This document shows, piece by piece, positions 38,127 through 52,200 of a stretch of DNA of 64,000 bases. The stretch is from contig OZ024742.1 of NCBI GenBank assembly GCA_964016885.1, positions 292,950,001 through 293,014,000 on the forward strand, given 5' to 3'. The DNA comes from Eledone cirrhosa. Lineage: Eukaryota. The notes under the pieces are model-generated. The model was not told the DNA's origin, searched no databases, and saw nothing but the letters and a program-made list of their open reading frames with translations. The translations under genes were made by a program, and so were the position numbers. Numbering within the stretch: position 1 is the stretch's first letter; each line of letters opens with the position of its first letter.

Positions 38127-41100
38127 ATTTATACTCCGGGGTTCTTAAAAGCTGAGAAATGACTGTAAGTATAATCTATTATAGTTCACTTTCCTGTCTT
38201 GCACCTAGAAAGCGTATTGCCGCTTAGATAGAATTTGTGTGACACGACTATTCTAGTACATAAAATTATTTCTGCGTTAAATAATGTGGGTATGATTAAA
38301 GAGATTTTGTGCAGGATAAAAAGAAATAGTGCGATAAAAGAATCGCCGCATAGATTCGACGTTCTTCTACTACAGTTTGTAACGGAACGGTTGGTTCACA
38401 TAACCGTAAGTCAAGAAAATATGACAGTTTAAGACTGGTGTTGGACAAAGAAAATAAATGTGCGTCCCTGAAACATTTCGGAAGTTCTAGATTATCCACA
38501 TACCATGAAATAATTGTTACACATGATGTAATTATCATAAATAAAATCAGGTATCCGGTGTCATTGATCATTTTTTCCTTGGCTAAATATCACCGGTGAC
38601 ATAAGTCAAAAGTCCCTAACATAATTTAATCATCCACCTTTAAACGTATCCATCCTATGATGAATAAATAAAAAAAAATATCACCCTGCAAAATAACTGC
38701 TAAGTATCAACGAGTGAGCTTCTACTTTATAAATAGCAGCCAAATTTTCCTCAAATCAGACACTACAGTTTTCAAAAAGTAAAGAGATTTCACAGTAATC
38801 GCAGACATTAAAAAAACAATAAAGGGATAATCCCGGTTGGAATGCCTTACAGCCCATAATATCTATTGCACATTGCTCAATCAATCGTCCAGTTAAATAA
38901 CTTATGTAGCAGCGAATGAACACTACGTTGCCCTTTGGCCTGCTAGAAATAGCAGCCACTATTTGGGGATAGTGACGTAGTGTTCAAAATATACAAAAAA
39001 CGACATTGTTATGGATAGAATACTTATCAAACATAGTTGTTTATATTATATATTTTAAGTATGGTCATTTGGTACAGGGTAAGGATAATTAGACTCATAC
39101 CAAGGTAGAGATGATCTTCTTCTGAGTATCGAGCATCACTTGGTATCGATGCCTCCCAGAGGGGCATCAATACGAGAAGCGATAGTTAAACTTGAGTGGG
39201 TGGTTGGCCCACTCCTTCTCGAGCCTTGACTTAAAAATGCAGCAACTGCGATTGTTTAAAGGCCATAGCAAGAAAAAATATAACACACACCGCAACATTG
39301 TGGTATTTATCTTGTCCAAATACATAGACACTCTCTTATTAGAATACAATGAATGGTGTCTACAGACACGCACTGCTTATACGGTCTGATATTTACAGCA
39401 GTCACATTTTCCTTTATCACCGCTTTATATACTTCACCTACATGATCATATAAAACATATCGAGTCATAACAACAGATTTTATTCAAGCCACTTCTTTGA
39501 TTTTCAAATGATTTACTTACTTCGGAATACCTTCTCATATTACAATTTCAATATTCTGGTAGAAACGAACTGAACTTTTTATACAGGCACTTGTATTTGT
39601 AAATGAAAATGTAAGTATTTATTTTATGTCCAGATTGTGCGCAAGGTGAAAGTTATAATTGGTTAGCTCGACCTCAGTACTTCTCTGCTATTTTATTTTA
39701 TTGAACGCGGCGCTAAGTTAACCAAAGTTAACCCGCAGCAAGATTTCGATTCAGAACGTAAAGGGGGCGGGCATGGTTTTTCTATTTTTTAACGATATAT
39801 CATAAAATTTTCTTCAATAAGCAAATAGTGCGGATTAAATTAATTAAAAAGTATCACCAAGAAAAAAGAAAATATGCATAATTAATTACACACTATAACA
39901 GGAGACGTTGGAGTTTGCCTCTAAAAGTTTAGGAGGTCAGGCAAGACACTCGCGATAGCAAGGCTAGGGTGCAGGAATAGCCAAGCACCCTCACGAGCAA
40001 CAGCTGATACTTCAGTAAACCGAGCCGCCAACAATAACAAAAACATTGTCGGCAGCGGCTCAGCTACTCCGAACATTTTAAATGACACTGGCTAAAAATT
40101 TTAATTTACCCTTAAACCATAGTATTTCAGTAGTTTATTCCATTGGGTTTTTTTTGGGGGGGGGGGGGGGGGGGTTATAGTATTGAACCTTGAAACCTAG
40201 TAAGGATTATTACAGCCTGTTGAGGCTATAGAAGTATATTACTAATGACTCTCCAACAAGGTTCAGCAAAATGCATATGACTCCTTCCAATGACCATCAG
40301 AGGTTGCAGAAAGATTATTGTAGTCTTTATGTCAGATGCTCCTTCCAGGAGACATACAGAATGACCCATGATATGTGAGTGTAAGAACAATCAAGCCTTG
40401 CCTTCATGTGGTTTATGAGTGTCCAGGCATTGAACTCACAATAGCATTGATTCCACAGTGGTGTGGAAGAAACCTCTCTTAAGAAGATCATCTGATAGTG
40501 ATGACTTCTAGAGGGCACTAGCTCCACCAAGAATAGTCGAGATGAATTTTTCCATTTTTTTCTGGGACACTGTAAATGTGGTTGATGTTAGGGAGGGCAT
40601 CCAGCTGTAAAAACCCCAGCCAAATTTACAGTCCCATCAGAGCATGGTGTGACATGGCTAATTCTGGCCAAACTTGTCCTTTGATGCGGACGACCCATCT
40701 GACTCATGCAAGGATGTAAAATGTACATTAAACGGTTATGATGATGATGTGATGTTGCTTCCTAAGTATATGAAGAAGTCCAAAGATCTTAGAGATAAAA
40801 TGGAGTTGATTCTTCATATATATGGTTTATTACAAGAAACAGTAGCAGTAGTAATGATGCTCTACAAATATATATGTAGGGACCTGAACTCCTCAAGTTA
40901 TAGGGGTGAAATCATGATATATAAGAGTCTTGGGCACTTTAACCTAGTGAAGCTCACCCCCTCTCTACGTCTAAATACAATCAATTTCTTCCAGAGAAAG
41001 GAACAAAGAAATAGATATAGAGAAAGAATTAACTTCAGTACTGGACTAGTTTCTTTTTCTTTTCTTTCATCAAGTTCAAAAGGATTAAAGGCAATGTTGC

Positions 41101-41149
41101 ACTCCGAGTGCCAGAACAAATACTGCAAAGCATTCTATTTGACATTCTA

Positions 41150-41595
41150 ATGATTCTGCCAATCAATCACCTTGCTCTACAAATATGCAAGAAGTAAAAT
41201 ATGATCTTTTGATGGAAACATCAATTTCTTCAATATGAATGCAGGCAGCTTGCAAGGTGATATACTTATATCGTTCCTGTTTGTCATTTGCCTGGGCTGT
41301 ACTCACCACACTTCAATTGACAAAATTAACCCTTTAGCATTTAAACCGACCGTATCTGGCCAGGATTCTCTCACCTTTCTCTGTTCAAACCGGCTGTAAT
41401 CGGCTGCTCATACTTATGTTCGTAGATTCGATATTATGTGAAATAAAATGTTTACTGTGAAAATACAATAGTAAATATAGAGTAATGTAGATGCTAAAGA
41501 GTTAAAGAAATCTGCTTCACTTTAAGAAAATCCATTTCCTCTTACACTACCCAGCCATAACAATAATGGGTGTGGATTATGCTGATGATATCACT
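41150..41595 (+). mobile_element. Decayed non-LTR RT fragment interrupted by a MITE
   Basis: GSLQGDILISFLFVICL and DYADDI-like translations on either side of the TTAA insertion. Confidence 0.6.
41326..41505. mobile_element. piggyBac-type MITE (TTAA TSD, CCCTTTAGCAT TIR)
   Basis: TTAA CCCTTTAGCATTTA ... TAGATGCTAAAGAG TTAA. Confidence 0.8.
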
Positions 41596-42084
41596 CCTCA
41601 AATATCAAGCTACCACTGCCTATGTTTTTTCAATAATCAAGAATTTAGAGGGGATTTGGTCATATAACTAACTGTTACATTATTAAGCTGATGTTTGGGA
41701 CATGACATTAACACAACAGATTCTTAAGTAAAACTATGATGGAAGGTTTTTCGATATATACAGTTTTGTATCATAGAATCGGGTCTGGTTTCAGACGAGT
41801 TGATGTCAAAAAGGTTAAGGTTGGATTTGTTTAATATAACTAGAGCTATTTGGGACAGGTTAGTACCAAAATGACTATTGCTGCTTGAGAGATTAGCACA
41901 AAAGTAAACATTGATAGTGATAAATTATTTCATTAGTCATTCATTTAAGTGGATCAATACACCTGGTAAAAATATTTAGATAGTATAAATTGATTTGTCA
42001 TTGATTTAAGAGGCTTGAACATCTTAATTGGAATACCTAGAAAAAATATACTTTGTCATTCATTTAACCCTTTTGATAACAAAC

Positions 42085-43075
42085 CTGATGTCTCTATATG
42101 AATGTCTTAGTATTTGTGTTCAGATAAAAGGTACTAAGTCAAATCCATTTAATGTGGGTACCAGACACTGTCAAGGGTATATACTGTCACCTCTTCTGTT
42201 CATAATCTTCATGGACAGGATTGATATGTGCAACCATGTTGGAAGTGGTATCAAAACTGGCGGATGTAGGATCAGTTGGCTGAAATTTGCAGAAGACATA
42301 GTACTACTTAACCCTTTAACATTTAAATCTTATAGATTCGATATTATGTGAGATAATTATGTGAGGTAAAGCCTTTACAATGAAAATATAATAGTAAATA
42401 TCGAGTAATGTAAATGCTAATGGGTTAACTTGTCAGAAGGTGATCTCCAACATGCACTTAATAAGTTTGATGCCAAGTACTGCAATGCAGGAGTGAAAAT
42501 CAGTGCTGCAAAAACTGAGGCACTCGTCCTCTCAAGGAAGCCTGTGCTGTGCACTCGACATGTAAGAGGAGTTCCACTGAAGCAAGTGGAGAAGTTTAAG
42601 TATCTTGGGGCTGTGTTCATGAATGATGGAAGGCAGGAGGCTCTAATTTAGTGCAAGAATTGGAGGAGCTGGTGCAGTAATGGGCCAGCTTCAGCATTCA
42701 GTCATTAAAAGAAGGGAGATAGGTGTAAAAGCCAAACTTGCTATCTTCAGTTCAGTATTTGTGCCAACCCTTACCTATGCTCATGAATCTTGGGTAATGA
42801 CTAAAAGAATATGATCATGAATACAAGCGACTGAAATGGGGATTCCTCCAAAGGGTATTTGGAGTAACGTTACGCAATAGAGTGTGTAGCTCAGAGATCA
42901 GAGAGTTACTCCTGGTAGAATTGCTACTTCTCCGAATTGAGAGATCACAGCTCCAATACTACGGACATGTGGTTAGAATGTCTCTGGAAAGAATTGCTGG
43001 ACAGATTTTATGGGCAAAACCAGCTGACAGGAGACCTAGAAGTAGATCCTGAGCATGATGGTTGGATAACATGAG
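42085..43075 (+). mobile_element. Decayed RTE-type LINE RT fragment
   Basis: QGYILSPLLFIIFMDRI, KFAEDIV, KQVEKFKYLG, later YGHVVRM. Confidence 0.8.
42308..42428. mobile_element. Internally deleted piggyBac-type MITE inside the RT fragment
   Basis: TTAA CCCTTTAACATTTA ... TAAATGCTAATGGG TTAA. Confidence 0.8.
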
Positions 43076-43319
43076 GACTTTGCCCCCATGGCCCTCCCAG
43101 GAATGTGGGTGAAGAAGATAACAAACCATCCTTGTTTCTATAATATAGAGCTGTTTGTTTTAAAGTGTTTATGTAAAAACCTCTCATCATAATTTTATGT
43201 ATAAGGTTCTTATAAAAAAAAAATTATATTGGAAGATTTTAATTTAAATAGGAACCCTTTAATATGAATGGATTTTTTTCATAGAATCAGGACCAATTTG
43301 GTATTGAAAGAGTTAATAA

Positions 43320-43465
43320 GGGTTTCTGATTTAGGCACAAGGCCAACAATTTTGAGGGAGGGGGAAAGTCAATTAAACCGACCCCAGTGTGTAACTGATG
43401 CTTTATTTTATCAACCTCGTAAGGATGAAAGGCAAAGCTAACCTCGGCAGGATTTGAACTCAGTA
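43320..43465 (-). mobile_element. tRNA-derived SINE 3' part
   Basis: AAGGATGAAAGGCAAAGCTAACCTCGGCAGGATTTGAACTCAG. Confidence 0.7.
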
Positions 43466-43737
43466 GTTTCATTACTAAATCACTCCAATATCATGATTAT
43501 TTTGAAAATTATAGGCAGTATCTTTCACTAGAAATAGGGCAGTAGATGGCCATCTCTGTCTTGATCAATAGCCAATTAACAAATTATCATTGGTTGCTTG
43601 TCCAAGCCAGCCTTATATGATGATTCTTTTATTTCAGTCAGAATACCTTTATATTGGAACACAGCTTTAAAGGGATTTAATTGATCAAATTCATTCAGCT
43701 TTGTTTTGTGAAAGCATGAAGTTATGAGATAAACACA

Positions 43738-43740
<3 letters not shown>

Positions 43741-43799
<59 letters not shown>
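43741..43799. repeat. (CT)n microsatellite
   Basis: Direct read. Confidence 0.95.
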
Positions 43800-43803
<4 letters not shown>

Positions 43804-44100
43804 GTTCTGATGAGTGTTCCAGTTGTTTAAACAATGGAACAGCCAGCTCATGAAATTAACATGCAAGTGGCTGAACATTCCACAGACATGTGTACTTTTA
43901 ACAAGGGAGGTGGGTGTAACAGCTCCATTCAGTATTTGTGCCAACCTTTAGGTAAAGGTTGGCATGGATACTGAATTGAAGATAGTGAGTTTGGCTTTTA
44001 CACCTACCTCCCTTCTTATGATGACCAAATTTCACTCAGAAGGCATTGATCAACCCAAGGTCATATGAGAAGACAACCATATGGTTGTAAAGTGAACACC

Positions 44101-44314
44101 TTAATCCTCCAGCATTTAAACCGGCCAGAATCCTCTCACCTTTTTCTGTTCAAACCAGACATAACCAGCTGCTCATACTGATGTTAAGGTATTGTTCTCA
44201 AAATGAGTATCAAAATCTTGTAGATTCAATATTATATGGAATAATTATGAGAGAAAGTTTTTACTGTGAAAATACAACAGTAAATATAGAGTAATGTAAA
44301 TGCTAAAGGGTTAA
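44101..44314. mobile_element. piggyBac-type MITE, third copy
   Basis: TTAA TCCTCCAGCATTTA ... TAAATGCTAAAGGG TTAA; interior matches 41326-41505. Confidence 0.78.
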
Positions 44315-44709
44315 TCACACAGCTATATCTATGCATATAATGGATATGAAGCTATTAAATTACATAATAAACTTGTTAAGCCCCAGTCATGTGTGAGCTG
44401 AAGATTAGTTAACACTTAATATCCTGTACCACATTAGCAATACATTCTTGAAAAGTATAAAACAGCACTGTGACTACTATGACTACATATTAACAATTAA
44501 AGTCTGTAGTTTTTCAAGAATTCTCACAGCAATTAGTCCACTAGTAAAGATGTTTTAAACATTTGAATTTACAAACCCATTTTTAGATATTTTCATGACA
44601 GGATGTTGACAGTTATTTAGTAAGATAATAATGATAAGTCAAGTAAATAATAGTGTGACAATGTTTTATTTGTAGTTAATTTGATATTCATCAGCACAAA
44701 GTCTTTACA

Positions 44710-45095
44710 GGTGTGGACATAGCTGTGTGGTTAGGACGTTTGCCTTACAATCTCATAGTTTTGAGTTCAATCCCATTGTGTATCGCTTTGGGCAAGTATC
44801 TACTACTAAACCCTTGGTTTGAACAATGTTTTGTGAACGAACATTTTGTAGACAGAAACTATGCAGAAACCCATTATGCGTGTATGTGTATATATCCATG
44901 TATATGTGTGTTTGGTGTATTTTTGACTATGTTCAGGCTTACTGTTTGTTTTTGTCCCATAGTTATTGATTTAACTAAAAAAAAGATTAATAAAATAAGT
45001 ACTACTGGTGTTGACATGACCAACTAAACCCCTTCAAGTCTGTGCCTCAGCTTGGTCATAGTCTAATGATTAGAATCAGTTAAAGAATAAAAGAA
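44710..45095 (+). mobile_element. Decayed tRNA-derived SINE
   Basis: GCTGTGTGGTTAGG, GAGTTCAATCCCA, TGTATG tract, AATAAGTACT; related piece at 46370-46610. Confidence 0.6.
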
Positions 45096-45129
45096 AATCA
45101 GAGAAAATATCTTACTATATTTTTTAATG

Positions 45130-45710
45130 ACAGATGCTGCTTCTGGTTTTATAATTTCTAAAATATTCAAGAATTTGGAGGGATTTAGTAATATAATTTT
45201 CTCATTATTAAGCTGATGTTTGGAACATAACTTAAAGGTTCTTACATAAAATTATGATGGAAGCTTTTTAAATAAATATGTACACAACCTTTTCATTATC
45301 GTATTTCTATTGAAAGATACAACCTCTGTTTTTCAAATAATTTTGAAAATAATCAAGAATTTGGATGGATTTAGTGTACCTTTCTCATTATCAAGCTGGT
45401 GTTTGGAAACAACTTTACACAGATTCTTACATAAGATTATGATGGAAAGCATTTGGGAAAACCTTTGTTACCATATTTCTAATAAAAGATACTGCCTCTG
45501 TTTTTCAAATAATTTTGAAAATTATAAAGAATTTGAAGGAATTTAATAATATAATTAGCTTTTGCATTATTAAGCTGGTGTTTGGAACATAGCTCCACAA
45601 ATGTTCTTACATAACATGATGGAAAGTTTTTAGATAAATATAAACTTTAGATAAAAACAAACAGCTTTGTGTCATAGAACCAAGAACACTTTGATACAGA
45701 AAGAATTAAA
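45130..45710. repeat. About 3 diverged tandem copies of a roughly 180-200-bp unit; related copy at 41615-41818
   Basis: Recurrent AAGAATTTGGA...CATTATTAAGCTG(A/G)TGTTTGGAAC...TTCTTACATAA...TGATGGAA. Confidence 0.7.
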
Positions 45711-46099
45711 CCAGTTAAATGGCAGGTAACTCTAAATAGCATGTTCCGAGAAACCATTTTTCATGAAAGCATTAATAGTATTGTTTTTGTTTGTTTGCTT
45801 GTTTTTTTTTATTTTTGGCATTGTTACATTCAAATTGGAATATATATCCCCATTCTTTCTGTTTCTTTCATACACTCTCTTAAATTATTTGTATATTGTT
45901 CCATCATTTTCATTATTTGTATACTTTTATTAGTGAGATTGTTGTGTGACAAGTTTTCATAACTGATTATATAAATAAGGAGAACAAGGGAGAAGGGGTA
46001 AAGAAGGGTAGATCTGGTTGTATAGGAAAGGACTATAAATACCATAAATGAGAAGAAAAGGGTGGGAAAGGGTAAGGACTATTAAGCTACGGAAGAAAG

Positions 46100-46340
46100 A
46101 GAGAGGGAAGTGGAGAGGGTGACAGGCTCTGTGCCGAGGTCGGTGTTTCAACTGCACCCCATAGACAAAACAACAAAGGCATTTCCACTGACAATGGACA
46201 TTGACACCTGCTGCAACAGGCACTCACACCTCGTGGGGCTGCTGATGTTCTGATTTTATGAAGGAGCTCAGTTGTATAGGGTCCGAGGGTACCTGAGGTC
46301 TCAACGGCGACCAGTGCAAAGAGGAAGTGGCTAGACAAGC
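46100..46340 (-). mobile_element. C-terminal fragment of an RLE-type (CRE/NeSL-like) non-LTR element
   Basis: FLFALVAVETSGTLGPYTTELLHKI, then a frameshifted QQVSMSIVSGNA, resembling the F.P.AVETSG..G...QR.S.A.QRGNA pattern. Confidence 0.55.
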
Positions 46341-46739
46341 CCTGGTATTTGCTTGCTATGTAAGATAGGTGTAGGCTGTGTGGTTAAGGAGTTTCTTAAT
46401 GTATGTATGTGTATATGTGTGTGTGTTTATGTATGTATGTATGAATATGTGTTTTTTTATGTATATGTTACATAAACTAACAATTTTTCACAAAAGAGAT
46501 TGATAAAATAAGTACCAGACTTTAAATAAAATAAGTACTGGCATCAAAATGATTCAGTAAATCCCTTTAAGATGGTGTCCCTGTATAGCTGCAAATAAAT
46601 AACCAATAAAGGAATGTGGCCTTGACATATCCCCTATCTACATCAAACAACAGATTAATCTGTTAATTAATTGTGTTATCATACTAACAATTGTTGACTA
46701 ATCTATAACCCTCAGGCCCATTCTTTCATTTATTATTTT

Positions 46740-46952
46740 GGTTGGCAATATTGGTAGCGTGTCGGACATCTTGCCTCAAGGCAGAGAGTTATGGCCCTTT
46801 ACGTTCTGAGTTCAAATCCTGCCAAGGTTAGCTTTGCCATTCATCCTTGCAGGGGTCAATAAAATAAAGTACCAGTAATGCATTGGGGTCGGTTTAATCG
46901 ACTTTCCCCCTCCCCAAAAATTGTTTTCTTTGTGTCTAAATCAGAAACCATT
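46740..46952 (+). mobile_element. tRNA-derived SINE
   Basis: GTTCTGAGTTCAAATCCTGCCAAGGTTAGCTTTGCC...AAAGTACCAGT. Confidence 0.75.
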
Positions 46953-47107
46953 ATTTTGGTTAAGATACGTTGAACTTTCTCCACCTCAATCATCATCATC
47001 ATCGGTTTTATAGCCTTCTTTCGAAGCTTGCTTGAGTTAGCCAAGTCCTCTCCAGTATAGTATCTCTTCAGGTGTGTCTTTCCTTTGTCATCTGTTTTGT
47101 GAGGCTC

Positions 47108-47365
47108 TTCATCATCATCATCATGTTCCTGTCACTGGTGCAACCAGTCATTGGGGTGCCACTCTAGCTGCTTTTGCAGTTAGTCGTCACCACAGATCTC
47201 CATTCTCCATCATGTGTAGAAGGGTCCCAGTGTTGTGACCAGTCCAGTCTTTGATGGTGTCAAACCAGCATTTTCTTTGTCTGCCTCTCCTTCACCCTTC
47301 TTCGACTGCACCCTGATGGATGGTTTTGGACAAGGAGTTCTGGCAGGATATATGACCATACCTTA
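47108..47365 (-). mobile_element. RTE/BovB-like LINE 3' remnant with (GAT)n tail
   Basis: Minus-strand YGHISCQNSLSKTIHQGAVEEG.RRGRQRKCWFDTIKDWTG; (CAT)n at 47109-47124. Confidence 0.7.
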
Positions 47366-47936
47366 CAGGATGAAAACTGATTGATGATAGGCCATAATTT
47401 AAAAGACTGGCCCACCTATACAAGCACAATGATGCTAAAGGTAAATGTGATGAGAGATCCTTTTAGCCACTCTGAAATGACCATAACAACATAGAGTAAT
47501 TGTTGAGTAACTGAGAACCTCTCTGGTGGTGGTGTCAATGTAAAGTGGTTTATGATCAGAAACAATATAGAGGACCCCTGAAGTTGGTTGGGCGATAAAA
47601 TGGACCCAATACGCTCTAGAAAGTGGTTGTGTTGGTGCCACAATAAAAGGCAAATGCTGTAAAGTGGTTGGCATTAGGAAGGACATCCAACTGTAGAAAC
47701 CATGTCAAAATATGGTATGTGTAAGCTAAATATCCAACTTATGCCAGTATGGAAAGTAAACATTAAATGATGATGTTAATTTTTAGATATTTTCTGCTAA
47801 ATCATTACAAGATGTTAAGAGTTTTTTTGTTTGTTTTTTTTCATTGTTTATTCCAATTTTAGGTAAACCTGGTATCAGATTCTACTGAGGCAAACAACAG
47901 CACTTATCAAGAAGACCTTCAAAATCTAAAATCAAA

Positions 47937-49178
47937 ATGAAATTAACCTGTGAAAGAAATTCTTTTGTTGTCCATATCTTACTTTGTGTCTTTGGAATTG
48001 GTTCCTGGATTGCCATCAATGGTATTTGGGTTGAGTTACCAATTCTTGTGCAAAACCTACCTGAAGAATGGGATCTACCTTCATATCTGTCCATTGTCAT
48101 CCAGCTTGCCAATATTGGCCCAATATCTTATACAATTATCAGTGTGTTTTGGCCAAATGTTCTTCATGAAAAAAAAATCATATTGACTCTCCTTATTATT
48201 GGATCTACTGCGTGTATGCTGCTATCATTCTTCTGGAATAAGATTACAGTAGTTGCTGGGAAGTCACACAGCTCTGCTTTGCTTATCTTAGAGTTCTTTG
48301 TGGCTGTCGTTGATTGTACTTCATCAGTTGCTTTTTTCCCATTTGTTGCCAATTTTCAGGAGAAATATTTAATAAGTTATTTCATTGGGGAAGGCTTAAG
48401 TGGCCTTCTACCGAGTTTTGTGGCTCTGGGGCAGGGTACTAATAATATTGAATGTAAGAATACCTCCATAATAGATGCTGACAACATTACAACATACATA
48501 TTAATTCCTCATTCTTTGCCCCCTCGCTTTCCTGTACAGGATTTCTTTCTGTTCCTCTTCAGCATGATGGTCCTGTCTGGAATCTCATTCACATTACTAA
48601 ACACTCTTTCAATTTGTAAGAATGAAATGGTGGTTAATGAAGGAGATTTCATACGCAAGGATTCCAAGATAACTCCATCAAATAGCCAAGAAACTACAAC
48701 TTTAGAATTGAATAATAGAGACTCTTTTGTTTCAGGATGTGACTGTAGTGAAATTGGTGCTTCTGGTGAGTCTGTGGACCATCTTTACAGAGGTACTGAT
48801 GATAGAACAGAAATCACTGCTGATAATGAAAATAAAGAGATAGTTTTTAATACCAACAGGCATATTTCTCTATCACTCTTCATCTATCTTATATTCCTAA
48901 CAGCACTGCTGAATGCTTTATCAAATGGTGTTCTCCCTGCCATCCAGTCATATGCCTGTTTACCATATGGTAACTATCCCTATTTTCTGTCAGTATTACT
49001 GAACATTATGGCCAACCCAATCACATGTTTTCTGACATATTTCTTACCCACTACTCATGTAATTGCTTTCACCATTACAACCATACTGGGTTTGATCTTT
49101 GCATCATATGAAGTTACCTTGGCTGTTTTAAGTCCAAATCCATTTTTCAAGAATGAAACTTCTGGATCTGTTATTTTG
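47937..49178 (+). CDS. SLC52A: Riboflavin transporter (SLC52 family), large first coding exon; remaining exon(s) lie beyond the window or array
   Basis: FGIGSWIAINGIWVELP, PEEWDLPSYLSIVIQLANIGP, VDCTSSV, GEGLSGLLPS, PPRF, NGVLPAIQSYACLPYG; acceptor TTTTAG at 47857-47862, donor GTAAGT at 49179 (phase 0). Confidence 0.93.
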
Positions 49179-49269
49179 GTAAGTTTTAACCATTTATTAA
49201 TTCAATTCCTTTCTTTTTTTTCTTTAACTTCCACCTTCTATTGTTTAGTAAAATTATCAAAGCCATGTC

Positions 49270-52200
49270 ATGTAATCATTATAGTAAACTCTGTAACTGG
49301 TGTCATGATAAAATGTACTTACTACACTCTGTAAAGTGGTAGTACTGGTGTCATGACAAAATGCACTTACTACACTCTGTAAAGATGTAGTACTGGTGTC
49401 ATGATAAAATGCACTTACTAGACTCTGTAAAGTGGTAGTATTGGTGTCATGATAAAATGCACTGACTACACACTGTAAAGTGACAGTACTGGTGTCATGA
49501 CAAAATGCACTTACTACACACTGTAAAGTGACAGTACTGGTGTCATGATAAAATGTACTTCCTACACACTGTAAAGTGGTAGTACTGGTGTCATGACAAA
49601 ATGCACTTACTACACACTGTAAAGTGACAGTACTGGTGTCATGACAAAATGCACTTACTACACACTGTAAAGTGACAGTACTGGTGTCATGATAAAATGC
49701 ACTTACTACACACTGTAAAGTGACAGTACTGGTGTCATGATAAAATGCACTTACTACACGCTGTAAAGTGACAGTACTGGTGTCATGATAAAATGCACTT
49801 ACTACACGCTGTAAAGTGACAGTACTGGTGACATGATAAAATGCACTTACTACACACTGTAAAGTGACAGTACTGGTGCCATGATAAAATGCACTTACTA
49901 CGCACTGTAAAGTGACAGTACTGGTGTCATGATAAAATGCACTTACTACACACTGTAAACTGACAGTACTGGTGTCATGATAAAATGCACTTACTACACA
50001 CTGTAAAGTGACAGTACTGGTGTCATGATAAAATGCACTTACTACACACTGTAAAGTTACAGTACTGGTGTCATGATAAAATACACTTACTACACACTGT
50101 AAAGTGGTAGTACTGGTGTCATGATAAAATGCACTTACTACATACTGTAAATTGGTAGTACTGGTGTCATGATAAAATGCACTTACTACACACTGTAAAG
50201 TGACAGTACTGGTGTCATGATAAAATGCACTTACTACACACTGTAAAGTGACAGTACTGGTGTCATGATAAAATGCACTTACTACACACTGTAAAGTGGT
50301 AGTACTGGTGTCATGATAAAATGCACTTACGACACACTGTAAAGTGACAGTACAGGTGTCATGATAAAATGCACTTACTACGCACTGTAAAGTGTAGTAC
50401 TGGTGTCATGATAAAATGCACTTACGACACTGTAAAGTGGTAGTACTAGTGTCATGATAAAATGCACTTACTACACACTGTAAAGTGACAGTACTGGTGT
50501 TATGATAAAATGCACTTACTACGCACTGTAAAGTGACAGTACTGGTGTCATGATAAAATGCACTTACTACACACTGTAAAGTGACAGTACTGGTGTCATG
50601 ATAAAATGCACTTACTACACACTGTAAAGTGGTAGTACTGGTGTCATGATAAAATGCACTTACGACACACTGTAAAGTGGTAGTACTGGTGTCATGATAA
50701 AATGCACTTACTACGCACTGTAAAGTGGTAGTACTGGTGTCATGATAAAATGCACTTACTACACACTGTAAAGTGACAGTACTGGTGTCATAATAAAATG
50801 CACTTACTACACACTGTAAAGTGGTAGTACTGGTGTCATGATAAAATGCACTTACTACGCACTGTAAAGTGGCAGTACTGGTGTCTTAATAAAATGCACT
50901 TACTACACACTGTAAAGTGGTAGTACTGGTGTCATGATAAAATGCACTTACTACACACTGTAAAGTGGTAGTACTGGTGTCATGATAAAATGCACTTACT
51001 ACACACTGTAAAGTGACAGTACTGGTGTCATGATAAAATGCACTTACTACACACTGTAAAGTGGTAGTACTGGTGTCATGATAAAATGCACTTACTACAC
51101 ACTGTAAAGTGACAGTACTGGTGTCATGATAAAATGCACTTACTACACACTGTAAAGTGACAGTACTGGTGTCATGATAAAATGCACTTACTACGCACTG
51201 TAAAGTGACAGTACTAGTGTCATGATAAAATGCACTTACTACACACTGTAAAGTGACAGTACTGGTGTCATAATAAAATGCACTTACTACACACTGTAAA
51301 GTGGTAGTACTGGTGTCATGATAAAATGCACTTACTACGCACTGTAAAGTGGCAGTACTGGTGTCTTAATAAAATGCACTTACTACACACTGTAAAGTGG
51401 TAGTACTGGTGTCATGATAAAATGCACTTACTACACACTGTAAAGTGGTAGTACTGGTGTCATGATAAAATGCACTTACTACACACTGTAAAGTGACAGT
51501 ACTGGTGTCATGATAAAATGCACTTACTACACACTGTAAAGTGGTAGTACTGGTGTCATGATAAAATGCACTTACTACACACTGTAAAGTGACAGTACTG
51601 GTGTCATGATAAAATGCACTTACTACACACTGTAAAGTGACAGTACTGGTGTCATGATAAAATGCACTTACTACGCACTGTAAAGTGACAGTACTAGTGT
51701 CATGATAAAATGCACTTACTACACACTGTAAAGTGACAGTACTGGTGTCATAATAAAATGCACTTACTACACACTGTAAAGTGGCAGTACTGGTGTCTTA
51801 ATAAAATGCACTTACTACACACTGTAAAGTGGTAGTACTGGTGTCATGATAAAATGCACTTACTACACACTGTAAAGTGGTAGTACTGGTGTCATGATAA
51901 AATGCACTTACTACGCACTGTAAAGTGGCAGTACTGGTGTCTTAATAAAATGCACTTACTACACACTGTAAAGTGGTAGTACTGGTGTCATGATAAAATG
52001 CACTTACTACACACTGTAAAGTGGTAGTACTGGTGTCATGATAAAATGCACTTACTACACACTGTAAAGTGACAGTACTGGTGTCATGATAAAATGCACT
52101 TATTACACACTGTAAAGTGGTAGTACTGGTGTCATGATAAAATGCACTTACTACACACTGTAAAGTGACAGTACTGGTGTCATGATAAAATGCACTTACT

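Noticed and set aside
49179-49334. C-terminal 51 aa of the 465-aa SLC52 ORF
   Set aside because: Read-through past the GTAAGT donor into intron and satellite; family similarity is lost
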